Shown piece after piece: positions 10,078 to 21,166 of a stretch of 29,988 bases of DNA. Location: contig NW_021832692.1 of the NCBI RefSeq assembly GCF_006345805.1, positions 1-29,988 on the forward strand, written 5' to 3'. The translations under genes and the position numbers were made by a program. The DNA is from Octopus sinensis (taxonomy: Eukaryota). Each line of letters starts with the position of its first letter. Within the stretch, counting starts at the first letter, position 1. The notes beneath the pieces were generated by a model. It was not told where the DNA came from. It ran no database searches and saw only the letters and a program-made list of their open reading frames with translations.

Positions 10078-10660
10078 CAACCCTATACATACACACGTCC
10101 AGACCCCGCATACGCACTTATATCTCTCATAACACACACACACACACTTATACATACTAATACGTACTAATACATACTAATACATATTAATACATACACC
10201 AACCCCATACATAACGCACGTCCAGACCAATCCTACGCACTAATACTCTCTCATACACACATACACACCCACACACATACACCCTTATACATATACTAAT
10301 ACATACACCACCCTATACATACACACATCAGACCAGACCCCTCCTACGCACTATTAGCTGGTCCCTCAACCTATTATCAACCCTATTATCTCCCCTATTT
10401 CGCTCTCGCGTCTCATGTTTTGATCTTTGACCTCTGGCCGAAATCAGATCGCCATGTGATTCGTTAGCTACTGCACGCATTTTTTTCTCTCCTTCTTTCT
10501 GTGTTTTTTTTTTCTCTCTGTGTATCTTTCTGTTGAAGAGCGTAGGCTCGAAACGTTAAAGACTTGTTTTATTTATATTTCCTGAGCGCCATACTAATAC
10601 AATAGTTCGTTTGTTTTCCACCTGCCTTCGTCTTTTGTTTATTTTCATAAAGCTTCCCGT

Positions 10661-10666
<6 letters not shown>
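10078..10666 (+). repeat. 3' pseudo-LTR / 3' UTR of the PLE
   Basis: Direct repeat of 5578-6161; ends in (TA)n. Confidence 0.92.
10525..10562 (+). ncRNA. Minimal type I hammerhead ribozyme motif (variant core), copy 2
   Basis: Identical to 6020-6057: TCTTT-CTGTTGAA-GAGCgtagGCTC-GAAACGTT-AAAGA. Confidence 0.8.
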
Positions 10667-10679
<13 letters not shown>

Positions 10680-10695
<16 letters not shown>

Positions 10696-10910
10696 ATGTG
10701 TGTGTGTGTGTGTATGTGTGTGTGTGTATGTGTGTGTATGTTTGTGTGCCTGTGTTTGTCCCCCCAACGTCACTTGACAACCGATGCTGGTGTACTTACG
10801 TTCCCCGTAACTTAGCGGTTCGGCAAAAGAGGCGGATAGAATAAGTACTAAAAGTGGTGCTCCAGCATGGCCATAGTCAGCTGACTGAAACAAGTAAAAA
10901 GAGTAAGAGT
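10680..10910 (+). mobile_element. 3' half of the SINE family A copy split by the PLE
   Basis: (TG)n-tgtgtttgtcccccc...cttgacaaccgatgctggtgt...ccccgtaacttagcggttcggcaaaagag...gtggtgctccagcatggcc...tgactgaaacaagtaaaaagagtaagagt, continuing the SINE begun at 5415. Confidence 0.85.
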
Positions 10911-11044
10911 ACATATATATATACATACGTACATTCATACATACATCATACATCATACATAAATATATAAATATGTATACACACACACGCACACACACAC
11001 ACATACACACACAAACATATATATATATATACATACATACATAC

Positions 11045-11085
<41 letters not shown>

Positions 11086-11219
11086 TATATATAATATATA
11101 TATATGTACATATATATGCACATACATATATACATACACACACATACATACAATATTAATATTTATATATTTGCATACATCAACATATATTAGTACTATG
11201 TATAAATAAACGTAGATAC

Positions 11220-11900
11220 TTGTCAGTATAGAACCATAATGAACTTTTCCATCACTATTACTAATAAATCTGGTTTTTAGATTGAAGTGACGAGTGTAGC
11301 GACAGGCCTCCAGACAACTAGCTCTCGTGTTGACTAACCTCAATTTCTGATTGATAGAATGTTTAATAATTTGGAAGTTAAAACCATTTACGTCTATACG
11401 AGTATATATAGCTGCAAGGGGAATCTTACTTAATAGTATTCTGAGGAGATCTTATGCTGTGTTGAAAATATTGATAACTTACGTAGCTTAATCGATTTTC
11501 TGTGTAGTAGTGTTAGATAAATGTATATATAAATATATAAATATGGCCTCATGGGGTTTTTTTCAGGGCCCATGAATAATTCTAATATGTTATGGATGGT
11601 ATGGTTGTTTAGATACGAGTGAGCATAGTAATTAATAATCAGACCTCTTAATTGTGTACTTTCTCAAGACGAGTGTAAATAATTTTACTTGCTACTTCTT
11701 GAAAGTTAAACAGTAGCGTTAAAATAAATGGCTGGTTCGTTAAGGTGAAGAACCCCAAAAAGAATAGAGACATATAATTTTCCCATAAGCTACTTAATAC
11801 TATTGTACAGATAAATAATTTATTTTTGTAGTAGACAAATTAGAGGTAAGTCATCCTTTGCAGACCACATCATATTAACAGGTCATATATGCAGAAATTT
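11220..11900 (-). mobile_element. Possible heavily decayed PLE GIY-YIG remnant
   Basis: Minus-strand fragments AKDDLP...IIYLY...MGK and NFQIIKH...CLEA...KPDL resemble the order of PLE endonuclease motifs. Many stops; recognition is weak. Confidence 0.3.
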
Positions 11901-12039
11901 AGTATACAAGTTGTACAGTTAGATCACCTGATGCGTGTAGAGTGTAATGCCGTGTTCAGATACAATACTCATTGCCGCACTTGAAATGCTGAGATCAGAT
12001 TCATATTTGTATATTTTCTGTCGGTTTTGTTAGCATATA

Positions 12040-12070
12040 TTTATATATGCATGTATATTGTATATATTTT

Positions 12071-12153
<83 letters not shown>

Positions 12154-12365
12154 ATATGTCTGTATTCTACATGTATATATGTATGTATACATATCTATAA
12201 ATGAATTTATATATATATGTATATATATGTATGTATATATGTATATATATATATGTATTGTTATAAGGATACTACTACTACTACTACTATTACTACCACC
12301 ACCACCACAACGCTCAGGAATAGAAAAAGTCTTTTACGTTTATATATATATATATATATATATAA
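12040..12365. repeat. (TA)n with (TAC)n/(CAC)n compound microsatellite
   Basis: Directly visible. Confidence 0.9.
12151..12333 (+). repeat. Local direct duplication, copy 1 (copy 2 at 13297-13467)
   Basis: Shared anchors gtctgta..ctacatgtata, catatctataaatga, ttgttataaggatactactac and cacaacgctcaggaatagaaaa(a)gtctt. Confidence 0.85.
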
Positions 12366-12644
12366 AAGGAGTAACGGTTACATTGTATTCCAAACACGAT
12401 GAGCTTTTAGCGTAGCTGAAGGTTTAGCATCGTTAGTAATCATATTTGCCAAACAAAGCATATTGTAAAGACAAGTGAAGCACAAACACTGTTCACTACA
12501 ATTTATATTGTTAGGACTGAGGACTTTATAATTCATCAGATGTAAAGTGTTATTTGAAGTTGTTCTTGCAGCTATTTTTGTAGCCCTAGGTAAGGTCTAG
12601 CAGAGTATGTGATTATCCAGTCACCATTTATTTATTTTTACAAA

Positions 12645-13135
12645 TCTTGTACACGCTTCAGTCAATGGACTGCGGCCGTGCTGGGGCATCACCTTGAAGA
12701 ATTTAGTAGAACAAATCTCTGTCAGTACTTATAGTTTCTAAAAGTCTGGTACTTACTCTATCATTCTTTATTGCCTAACAACTAAGTTGCGAGGACGTAA
12801 TAGACCAGCAATAGTTGCTAAGCGATTCAGGGAAAAAATACAAACACAGGCAGACTTACACACACACACGCTCACACCCACACGCACACTCACACACACA
12901 CACTCAGTCACTCTCATACACACACGCACAAACACACACACTCACGCATGCACATACACATAGACACTCATAACCATTTGAGACGGGCATCTTTCAGTTT
13001 CCGTCTCAAATTCAAGGTAATAGTCGAGCCGGGACAAGTGTAGAAGACATTTGCCCAAGATACCACGCATTGTGGAACTGAACCCCAAACCACATGGTTG
13101 AATAGTAAAGGTATTCCATAGCAGAAGCTGTGTGA
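12645..13135 (-). mobile_element. Older, diverged full-length SINE family A
   Basis: Reverse complement matches 14058-14479 (ttcagtcaatggactgcggccgtgctgggg...; ttctttcagtttccgtct-like segment; acatttgcccaagataccacgc...gaactgaacccc..aaccacatggttg). Confidence 0.75.
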
Positions 13136-13154
13136 AAGCTCGCCGTATATATAT

Positions 13155-13241
<87 letters not shown>

Positions 13242-13259
13242 ATATATATATATATATAA

Positions 13260-13296
<37 letters not shown>

Positions 13297-13303
<7 letters not shown>

Positions 13304-13467
13304 GTCTGTATATCTACATGTATAGATGTATGTATACATATCTATAAATGATTGTATATATATATATATGTATGTATATATGTATATATATATTGTTATA
13401 AGGATACTACTACTACTATTACTACCACCACCACCACTACCACAACGCTCAGGAATAGAAAAGTCTT
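13297..13467 (+). repeat. Local direct duplication, copy 2
   Basis: See 12151-12333. Confidence 0.85.
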
Positions 13468-13469
13468 GT

Positions 13470-13755
13470 GTGTGTGTGTGTGTGTGCGTGTGAGTATGTG
13501 TTTGTGTCTGTTTTTGCCGCCTCTCCACTTCTTGACAATGGGAATTGATATGATTATGCATTCGTAGTTTAGCGGTTCCGCTTAAGGGACGACAGAAGAA
13601 GTACCTGACTTTAAAAAATTGATAAAAAAAGAAAAACAGCAAAACGAATATTTAGGTTGATTTGTTCGATTATAATCTTCAAGGCGGTGCTTCAGCATGG
13701 CCACAGTCTAACGGCTGAAACAATTGAAGGATTAAAAGATAAAAGATTAAAAGAT
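13470..13755 (+). mobile_element. Decayed 3' half of SINE family A
   Basis: (TG)n-tgtttgtgtctgttt...cttgacaa...ttagcggttc...gatttgttcga...caaggcggtgcttcagcatggccacagtc...gctgaaacaa...(aaagat)n tail. Confidence 0.7.
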
Positions 13756-14057
13756 ATTTATAAATTCCCTCGTGAAGGACATCAATAATACACACTCTTT
13801 TGCGTTTATCTGTATAATTGCAGTCTTTATCATCATATGTAAATACGCCAGTATTTCGAAATAATACAAAGAAATGTTTGATTTATTGTTCACAAAGAGA
13901 ATTCCGTTTATAAAAGCATTAGCTTTGGGTGCGGAAAGTTTTTCATCGTTAACTGCGGAAAGCGGTTTTACTCCAAAATGGCTTTGATAAAAAGATCTGT
14001 CCTTATAATGCCAGAAGAGAAGATATTTTCTGAGATTTTTCTTAATTTCCTTTCTAC

Positions 14058-14479
14058 AGGTGCAGGCGTGGCTGTGTAGTTAGAAAAACGCTTTCTAGCC
14101 ACATGGTTCCAGGTTCAGTCCCGCTGCGTGACACCTTGTGAAAGTGTCTTCTACTATAGCCTCGGGCCGACCAAAGCCTTGTGAGTGGATTTGGTAAGGG
14201 AAACTGAAAGAAGCCCATCGTATATATGTATAAATATATGTATGTGTGTGTATATGTTTGTGTGTCTGTGGTTGTCCCCACCAACATCGCTTGACAACCG
14301 ATGCTGGTGTGTTTACGTCACCGTAACTTAGCGGTTCGGAAAAAGAGACCGATAGACTTAGTACTAAGCTTACAAAGAATAAGTCCTGGGATCGATTTGC
14401 TCGACTAAAGGCGGTGCTCCAGCATGGTCGCAGTCAACTGACTGAAACAAGTAAAAGAGTAAAAGAGAGTAAAGAGAGT
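14058..14479 (+). mobile_element. Full-length tRNA-derived SINE family A (CORE-like centre, internal TA/TG microsatellite, GAGTAAAA-type tail)
   Basis: A-box-like TGGCTGTGTAG and B-box-like GGTTCAGTCCC; CORE-like ACCTTG.GAAAGTGTCTT; tail gtaaaagagtaaaagagagtaaagagagt. Multiple homologues in the window. Confidence 0.88.
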
Positions 14480-14672
14480 ATTGCCAAATTAGAAAGTATT
14501 GATTCTAGTTTTTGGTGGCTAATTAACATAATTACGGGAACAACCATGAAATTTAATTACAAAAATATCTTTCGTTTGCATAAACCTTTGTATTCTAATT
14601 TCTGAAAGAAGCCAGTAATATTTCTTTGGGTTGGCGTCTGCTAAACTTCATGTCGGGGATAAATAAATATCC

Positions 14673-14883
14673 TTATTATTTCTACTGTAGGTGCAAGGCT
14701 TGGAATTTTGGGGGACGGAGCTAGTCGATTACATCGATCCCAGTATTTGACTGATGCTTTAGTTTATCGACCCCTAAAAGATTAAAGGCGAAGTTAACCT
14801 TGGTGGCATTTGAACTCAGAACGTAAATCCAAATGCTAAGCTTTGTATCTGGTTTGCTAATAATTCTATCAGCTCAGCGCTTT
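14673..14883 (-). mobile_element. SINE family B (Meta/MESC-like central domain), decayed
   Basis: Reverse complement resembles 21693-21870 (gttctgagttcaaat...gcctttaatctttt.ggggtcgataaa...ctggga.cgat.taatcgact). Confidence 0.7.
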
Positions 14884-15414
14884 AATATGTATCCTTATTA
14901 AATGTTGGACTTTGTTTCCACAAAATAGGACGGTCAAAAAAACAGAATACTTTTGGCTCTAAAAAGGTCTGCGGGATCAAGGATGTAACTTGGTGCTAAT
15001 CAGGTTCACAAACAGGGTACTTCTACATGATACCTCGATTTAATAGACCAGAATTTCCAACGAAGTCATAATATGGAATCTTAAAAAAAGATCTGTACGG
15101 CCGCAGCCAGAATAATTTTGTTTATATACTTTATCAGCACATTTGGATCGACGAAACAACAGTACAAAACTTACGGTGATCTGTGGAATGTATAAAAGTG
15201 TAAGCCATCTTGTATGCCATACAGTGGGTCCTTGATCGCTTTCTACGATGACTATTTAGTTGTTGAACCAAACCCGTGAAATTAAAGTGCCAGCAATTGA
15301 ATAATACATTGACAAGTTTATTCTTGATTTTATTCTTTGGCCGAATCAACATGATACTATATGACAAGATTGCTCTTTTGAATTACATGCGCAATTCACA
15401 AAAAGAACTAGGAA

Positions 15415-15447
<33 letters not shown>

Positions 15448-16134
15448 GAGAGGAATATTAGAAGAAAGAAAGAGAGAGTTAAAATGATCTACACCACCTC
15501 ACCGTATTTATTAACTGCGAAAGCATGAAAGTAAAGTTGACTTGTGAGTCGAACTCAGGGAGCGAGGATTAGAACCAACGCTACAAGGAGTTCTGCACGG
15601 CGCTCTAATGTTTGAACCAAATACTGTATATGAAACGACGAGCGAGACATTTATCATTTGTAGAGTTGGGTATCGGCTTACATAACAAAGTTACAAGCAG
15701 TGGTTGATGCCTTGTAAAGTCTGAGATGGAGAGAGAAATAAAGGGGAAATCCAGAAAGATAAGGAGAGAGAGGTGATAAGGTGAGGAGAGGGAGACAGAA
15801 GTGGTAGGGAAAGGGAGAAGAAGAGGGAGAAGGAAAGGGAGAAGAGAGATGAAAAATAAAGGGGAAACGCAGTAATGGAGTTAATTTGTGAATGTCATAT
15901 TTTGTTTTACTTGCTCCAGTAAATCATTTCAGCGATTATTCTGAATGAGTGGTGTGATTTGTACATGAATAACGTTGCCAATATTGGTCTGGGAGTCGGT
16001 GGAATGGAATAATAACTCGCCCCAAAAAGAAAACACAAAAGATACAAACGATGATTTCTATGAGAAATTATGACTAGGGACGCATGATTCCATAATTCTA
16101 ACAGTTTTTTTAATGGGTGCTTAACATGTTCCTC

Positions 16135-16137
<3 letters not shown>

Positions 16138-16228
<91 letters not shown>
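16138..16228. repeat. (TAA)n followed by (TA)n
   Basis: Directly visible. Confidence 0.9.
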
Positions 16229-16231
<3 letters not shown>

Positions 16232-17317
16232 AAAGAAACACCATATTGTGTTGTTGGAGCTGCTATAATATGCACTTTATCAATTGTAGCTCCGGAACTT
16301 GTTTTTAGTGTAATCGTTATGGATTATCACTTGGGTCATATTGGAAATGTACGTAAATCGTTTTCACAGTCGGACTGATATGAATACTGAATCTCATGTA
16401 GAAATGATAATCCTTTGGGCAACGTTTGAACAGAGAAATTGAAATAAATTGGCTTTCTTATATTATCGTTTTCAGATGGATGTGGTTATCATAAGTACGC
16501 TGTAAGTATAATAAGTTGACTTTTCTTTTACATCGTCGTCAAACGGGAGCAGTTTATGTAGAACGGTCGATAGCAGAATTAAGTGCTTTGTCGTATGCAT
16601 TTACTCTCCTTTATAAACTTGCTTTTAAAAATCCACCAACGTTATACATTTGCCTTGCATTTATCCTAGGTCGGTAAAAATGATCTACTAAGTAAAGTAA
16701 TGCGGGTAATTCAACCAAATATGTACCATTGTACCAAATATTCAAATTAAGTTTTTATCCTCAGTGATTGGGTATTATTAATTATTAAAATGATTAAAAT
16801 GATTGTTCTTGATCTGAACCTTAGAACGCAGATCAAAACCTCTGAATTAAAATTATAGTTAATGAAATCAAATAATATCATTTGAGCTAAACTTGTACAT
16901 CTGTTGATCTCAAATCATAGCTTTGGTCTAAAACCATAGCACTAGAAACCAAATCATAGCAACAGAGCTCAAATTATACATTTCTTGATCTCAAATCAGA
17001 TCTCGTATGTCAAAATCATGGTCTTGAATCAAATCATACAAAGGTTAAATTATATATTGCATCATAGATTTTCCGTCCAGTTCAGAGTTTGATATCTAAC
17101 TTCAGAGTTTTGAGATTTGAATCACAAGATCGGTTAAAAAATTCATAAGCTGACTTAGATACTCACATGGAATGTGACTAAATGAGGTTTATGTTTCAAC
17201 ATAGTCTCTCTTGCAGTCTACACACTCCTTCTATCGGTGTTGCAGTGGTTGAATTACGTTGGTGAAGAAGCTTTAATCCTTTTGATAAAAAATGTCATCG
17301 ACAAAAGATATCTTTTG

Positions 17318-17727
17318 CTGATAGATTTGGGTATGAGGTACTTGTCTGCTAAGTTTTTGCCAAATCTGCTTTCAGTTAACCCCCAAAAAAGCACTCGGGT
17401 TTCAGTTGCACGAGATCACCTTGATTGTATCAAGAACGATGAAAACATTTTGAAAACTTTGCGTAGGGTTGGCCTCTGAACAGGTATCGCTAAACTTTTG
17501 GCAAAATTCGATGCAGAATCTCTGTTCAACTTACTCTGTCACGGTCAATGCGACGATCGCACGCTACACACATTCCTTCCAAGCACTGCTGTAAACAGAG
17601 AAAGGTTAAAACTTAGTGTACATGCAAAGCAAAATTGAAAGTCAATCTGTGCCAAGCGGCTTTAATTTGCGTACTACAGCTTCGTTACTATAGCAACAGT
17701 CTCGATACTTATGGATCAGTCCACGTA
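17318..17727 (-). mobile_element. Mariner-family DNA transposon fragment: one terminus, N-terminal transposase, and an internally inverted mid-transposase segment
   Basis: Minus strand TA|CGTGGACTGATCCATAAGTATCGAGACTGTTGC is a mariner-like TIR next to TA. Minus-strand VTE*VEQRFCIEFCQKFSDTCSEA from 17542 resembles the mariner N-terminal HTH. Plus-strand DLGMRYLSAKFLPNLL...TRVSVARDHLDCIKNDENILKT (17321-17460) resembles the mariner LGMR.VSAKFVP.LL segment. Confidence 0.8.
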
Positions 17728-17751
17728 TATATATATATATATATATATATT

Positions 17752-17981
17752 TAAATGGAGTTTAACGCAGGTATAATTCAAATACTTTTACTTCCGACAC
17801 ATATTTCGAAGATTTCACTGATATTATTCCAAAGGAATAAATGGTGTAAAACAATGTAATCTTCACTTCCCTGAAGAGAAGATTACATTTCTTTACACCA
17901 TTTATTCCTTTGGAGTGAAATCTTCGAAACATGTATCGGAAGTAGAAGTATTTGAATTATACCTGCGTTAAACTCCATTTA
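17752..17981. repeat. Long near-perfect inverted repeat (fold-back): arms 17752-17864 and 17878-17981, 13-nt spacer
   Basis: The right arm is the reverse complement of the left arm apart from about 5 substitutions and a 9-nt insertion (gatattatt) in the left arm. Confidence 0.93.
17865..17943 (+). ncRNA. Type I hammerhead ribozyme motif with canonical CUGAAGA core, inside the fold-back
   Basis: Stem I ACTTCC (17865-70)/GGAAGT (17938-43). CTGAAGA 17871-77. Stem II GAAGATT (17878-84)/AATCTTC (17919-25) with a long loop. GAAAC 17926-30, then ATGT-ATC. The antisense arm preserves GTC at the cleavage position. Confidence 0.7.
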
Positions 17982-18138
17982 TGATTTAAATATTATACAA
18001 AAAATTTCCACGTAAACCCGAAGTTTCTACCTTTAAAAACAAGGAGTTACAACCTTTTTACTTGTGTGATTTTTTGCTACTCTGGTAACTAGTTATCTAT
18101 TTTTTCCGTGTTAATTGTTAACAAGAGAAAAGTATTTA

Positions 18139-18139
<1 letters not shown>

Positions 18140-18194
<55 letters not shown>

Positions 18195-18290
18195 GATATA
18201 TATATGTATATACATATATATGTACGCACACACAGAGGTACACACACACACTCACACACACACATATACACGTTTGTGCATGTGTGTGCC
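18140..18290. repeat. (CT)n/(TA)n/(CA)n compound microsatellite
   Basis: Directly visible. Confidence 0.9.
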
Positions 18291-18949
18291 CGTTCGAGTT
18301 GGCACAGAAGAGTTTTAAAACATTCAATGAAGAAGGAAAATGAAAATATTTGTTATAATACCGAAATTACTCTTTGGATTATGCCTCCGACTTGGGAACA
18401 CACCTCTGCAACTATTTGTTGCTTTCAGTTAGCTTTTTGCTACAAACACATTTTTCACACATATTCGTTTTCTATTCGTGTTCAAATATGCCATACCACG
18501 CAACCATATAATTTTCTTTATATCCAGTGACGATTGAATGCAAATAAACACATTTCTGAATCAATGAAACGCATATCTATATTTTCAAAACATTTTACTA
18601 CTCTCGTTTTATAGTTTAGTTTATTTCTTTACATTTCATGACTGTCTCCATACAAAGCATTAATATTATCTCAATGTAAGCTCATTGGATATTCGTCAAA
18701 ATTCGATAATGGAATTTCAAAGATTTCAATTTTGAATGCATCGTATTACTTACTCTATAAAAATGGCAGTATCGCAGTGAATATTATTAATAACGAAATA
18801 ATTTTCGCTTTGTTAAATTCCCTTCTTCTTTTATATATATATATTCATGAAGTCATTTCAGCTGCGTACTCTGAATGTTCAATGTCACGAGGTCATTCCA
18901 TTTGTTTCCTATGCTGTTCTTCAGGATTATACTTGCATATGGACACATA

Positions 18950-19520
<571 letters not shown>

Positions 19521-19764
19521 TGTGTCTATTTAGGGACAAATGTTGAAGGAAAAGTAACAAAAAAATATTTATGCCATCGTAATATCCATGTCTTAATTAC
19601 GCTCTCTTTATGATAACCTATGTTCTTTTTCCTTTTGACTATAAAAATATTTCAATAACATGCTAATACGCTGTGGGAGACACAGATCGAAGCATAGAAC
19701 ACACTGCTATTCAATATATTTCCATATGTATTCACAATCTCATCCACGACACTGTGAAGTTTAT

Positions 19765-19940
19765 ATAGGTTTGGCTTGGCTTATGTCGTTAAGAAAGCTG
19801 CTTTGCAATCACGTGGTATTTGGTTCAGTTCAGTCTCATTGCACGGCACCGAGGGTCGTGACTTCTACTATAAGTCCGGACGATCAATGACTTGTGCGTG
19901 AATTTGGTAGACGATAACTATGCGGAAACACGTTCTGTAT
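19765..19940 (+). mobile_element. Decayed 5' half of SINE family A
   Basis: tggcttatgtcgttaagaaagctgctttgcaatcacgtgg...ttcagtctcattgcacggcacc...cttctactata...cttgtgcgtgaatttggtagacg matches the SINE A head and centre. Confidence 0.65.
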
Positions 19941-20364
19941 ACTCTTTTACTCTTTACTCTTTTACTTGTTTCAGTCATTTGACTGCGGCCATGCTGGAGC
20001 ACCGCCTTTAATCGAGGAAATCGACCCCGGGACTTATTCTTTGTAAGTCCAGTACTTATTCTATCGGTCTCCTTTGCCGAACCGCTAAGTGACGGGGACG
20101 CAAACACACCAGCATCGGTTGTCAAGCAATGCTAGGGGGACAAACACAGACACACAAACACATACACACACACACACATATATATATATATACATATATA
20201 CGACAGGCTTCTTTCAGTTTCCGTCTACCAAATCCACTCACAAGGCATTGGTCGGCCCGGGGCTATAGCAGAAGACACTTGCCCAAGATGCCACGCAGTG
20301 GGACTGAACCCAGAACCATGTGGTTGGTTAGCAAGCTACTTACCACACAGCCACTCCTGCGCCT
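19941..20364 (-). mobile_element. Full-length, well-preserved SINE family A
   Basis: Minus-strand head AGGCGCAGGAGTGGCTGTGTGGTAAGTAGCTTGCTAACCAACCACATGGTTCTGGGTTCAGTCCC, CORE-like ATCTTGGGCAAGTGTCTT, internal microsatellite and (GAGTAAAA)n tail. Confidence 0.9.
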
Positions 20365-20788
20365 ATATGCATATTTATATTTATACTTCTACCTTTACGG
20401 TACTTGATTTTACTTGAAAGTACTACATTTGTATTGCAATATTTTACTTTTCATTGAAAACTTTTTCACTGTTCTGTTAACGACTAACCGCTCAGGCGAG
20501 TGTACTGGCATTGATGTGGCAACATTTGAAATATTGTCTAGGTAAATGCAGCTGATAAAAAGCTGATCAAATTTACGTTGACAAACGTATTTGAAGAGTC
20601 AGGAACCGGTCCTGCATTATCCGATTCTGGGTTGTCATTTATCTAATTTTCTTCCTAGAGGTAAGACAATTTTTTCATGTTTGTTGCACTCACACGTCTT
20701 TGCCACAATATACGCAGTGAAGCTATACTATAGCGTCGTAATTGTATCGACTGATATTTCCAGTGAATATTGGTGCCTTGTTGTACCA

Positions 20789-20831
<43 letters not shown>

Positions 20832-21166
20832 GGTGATTTTGCAATTTATTTACCATAAAAGAAAAGTTTTTCTCCATGGGAACTGCACTGAATTTGCGTT
20901 TATATGAATGATGAAATATGTCATAAACATATTCTAACTACCCTAAAGTTCATTTGAGACGTTTAGTAAAAGAGTGTCGTAAGCTCTACCCCGGTCATTT
21001 TCGAGGTTAGTATATCATTTTCTTTGACTCGACGTCTAGAATCCGAAAAAGCTGAGACGAAGAACCGGTGAGGCTTGCAATAAGGTTGAAAATCCGGCTG
21101 AAAAAAATTGTACCTCGACGCTATTAATACGACGTTCGCTTACCCAAAATCGGATTAGACAGTTTA

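Larger units (their letters stand above)
5578..10666 (+). mobile_element. Apparently full-length Penelope-like retroelement, Neptune-type, with direct pseudo-LTRs
   Basis: Single RT + GIY-YIG coding region (6762-~9700) flanked by ~590-bp direct repeats offset by ~4500 bp, each with a hammerhead motif. Both ends lie in (TA)n. Confidence 0.92.

Noticed and set aside
13755-14055. ~100-codon stop-free frame on the minus strand (RKEIKKNLRKYLLFWHY...)
   Set aside because: No recognisable motif, no suitable start and no convincing splice pair; compatible with chance.
14058-14130. tRNA-like sequences in SINE heads (also 20290-20364, 21693-21785 and 27045-27121)
   Set aside because: A and B boxes are present, but no complete cloverleaf, and each continues into a SINE body; not tRNA genes.
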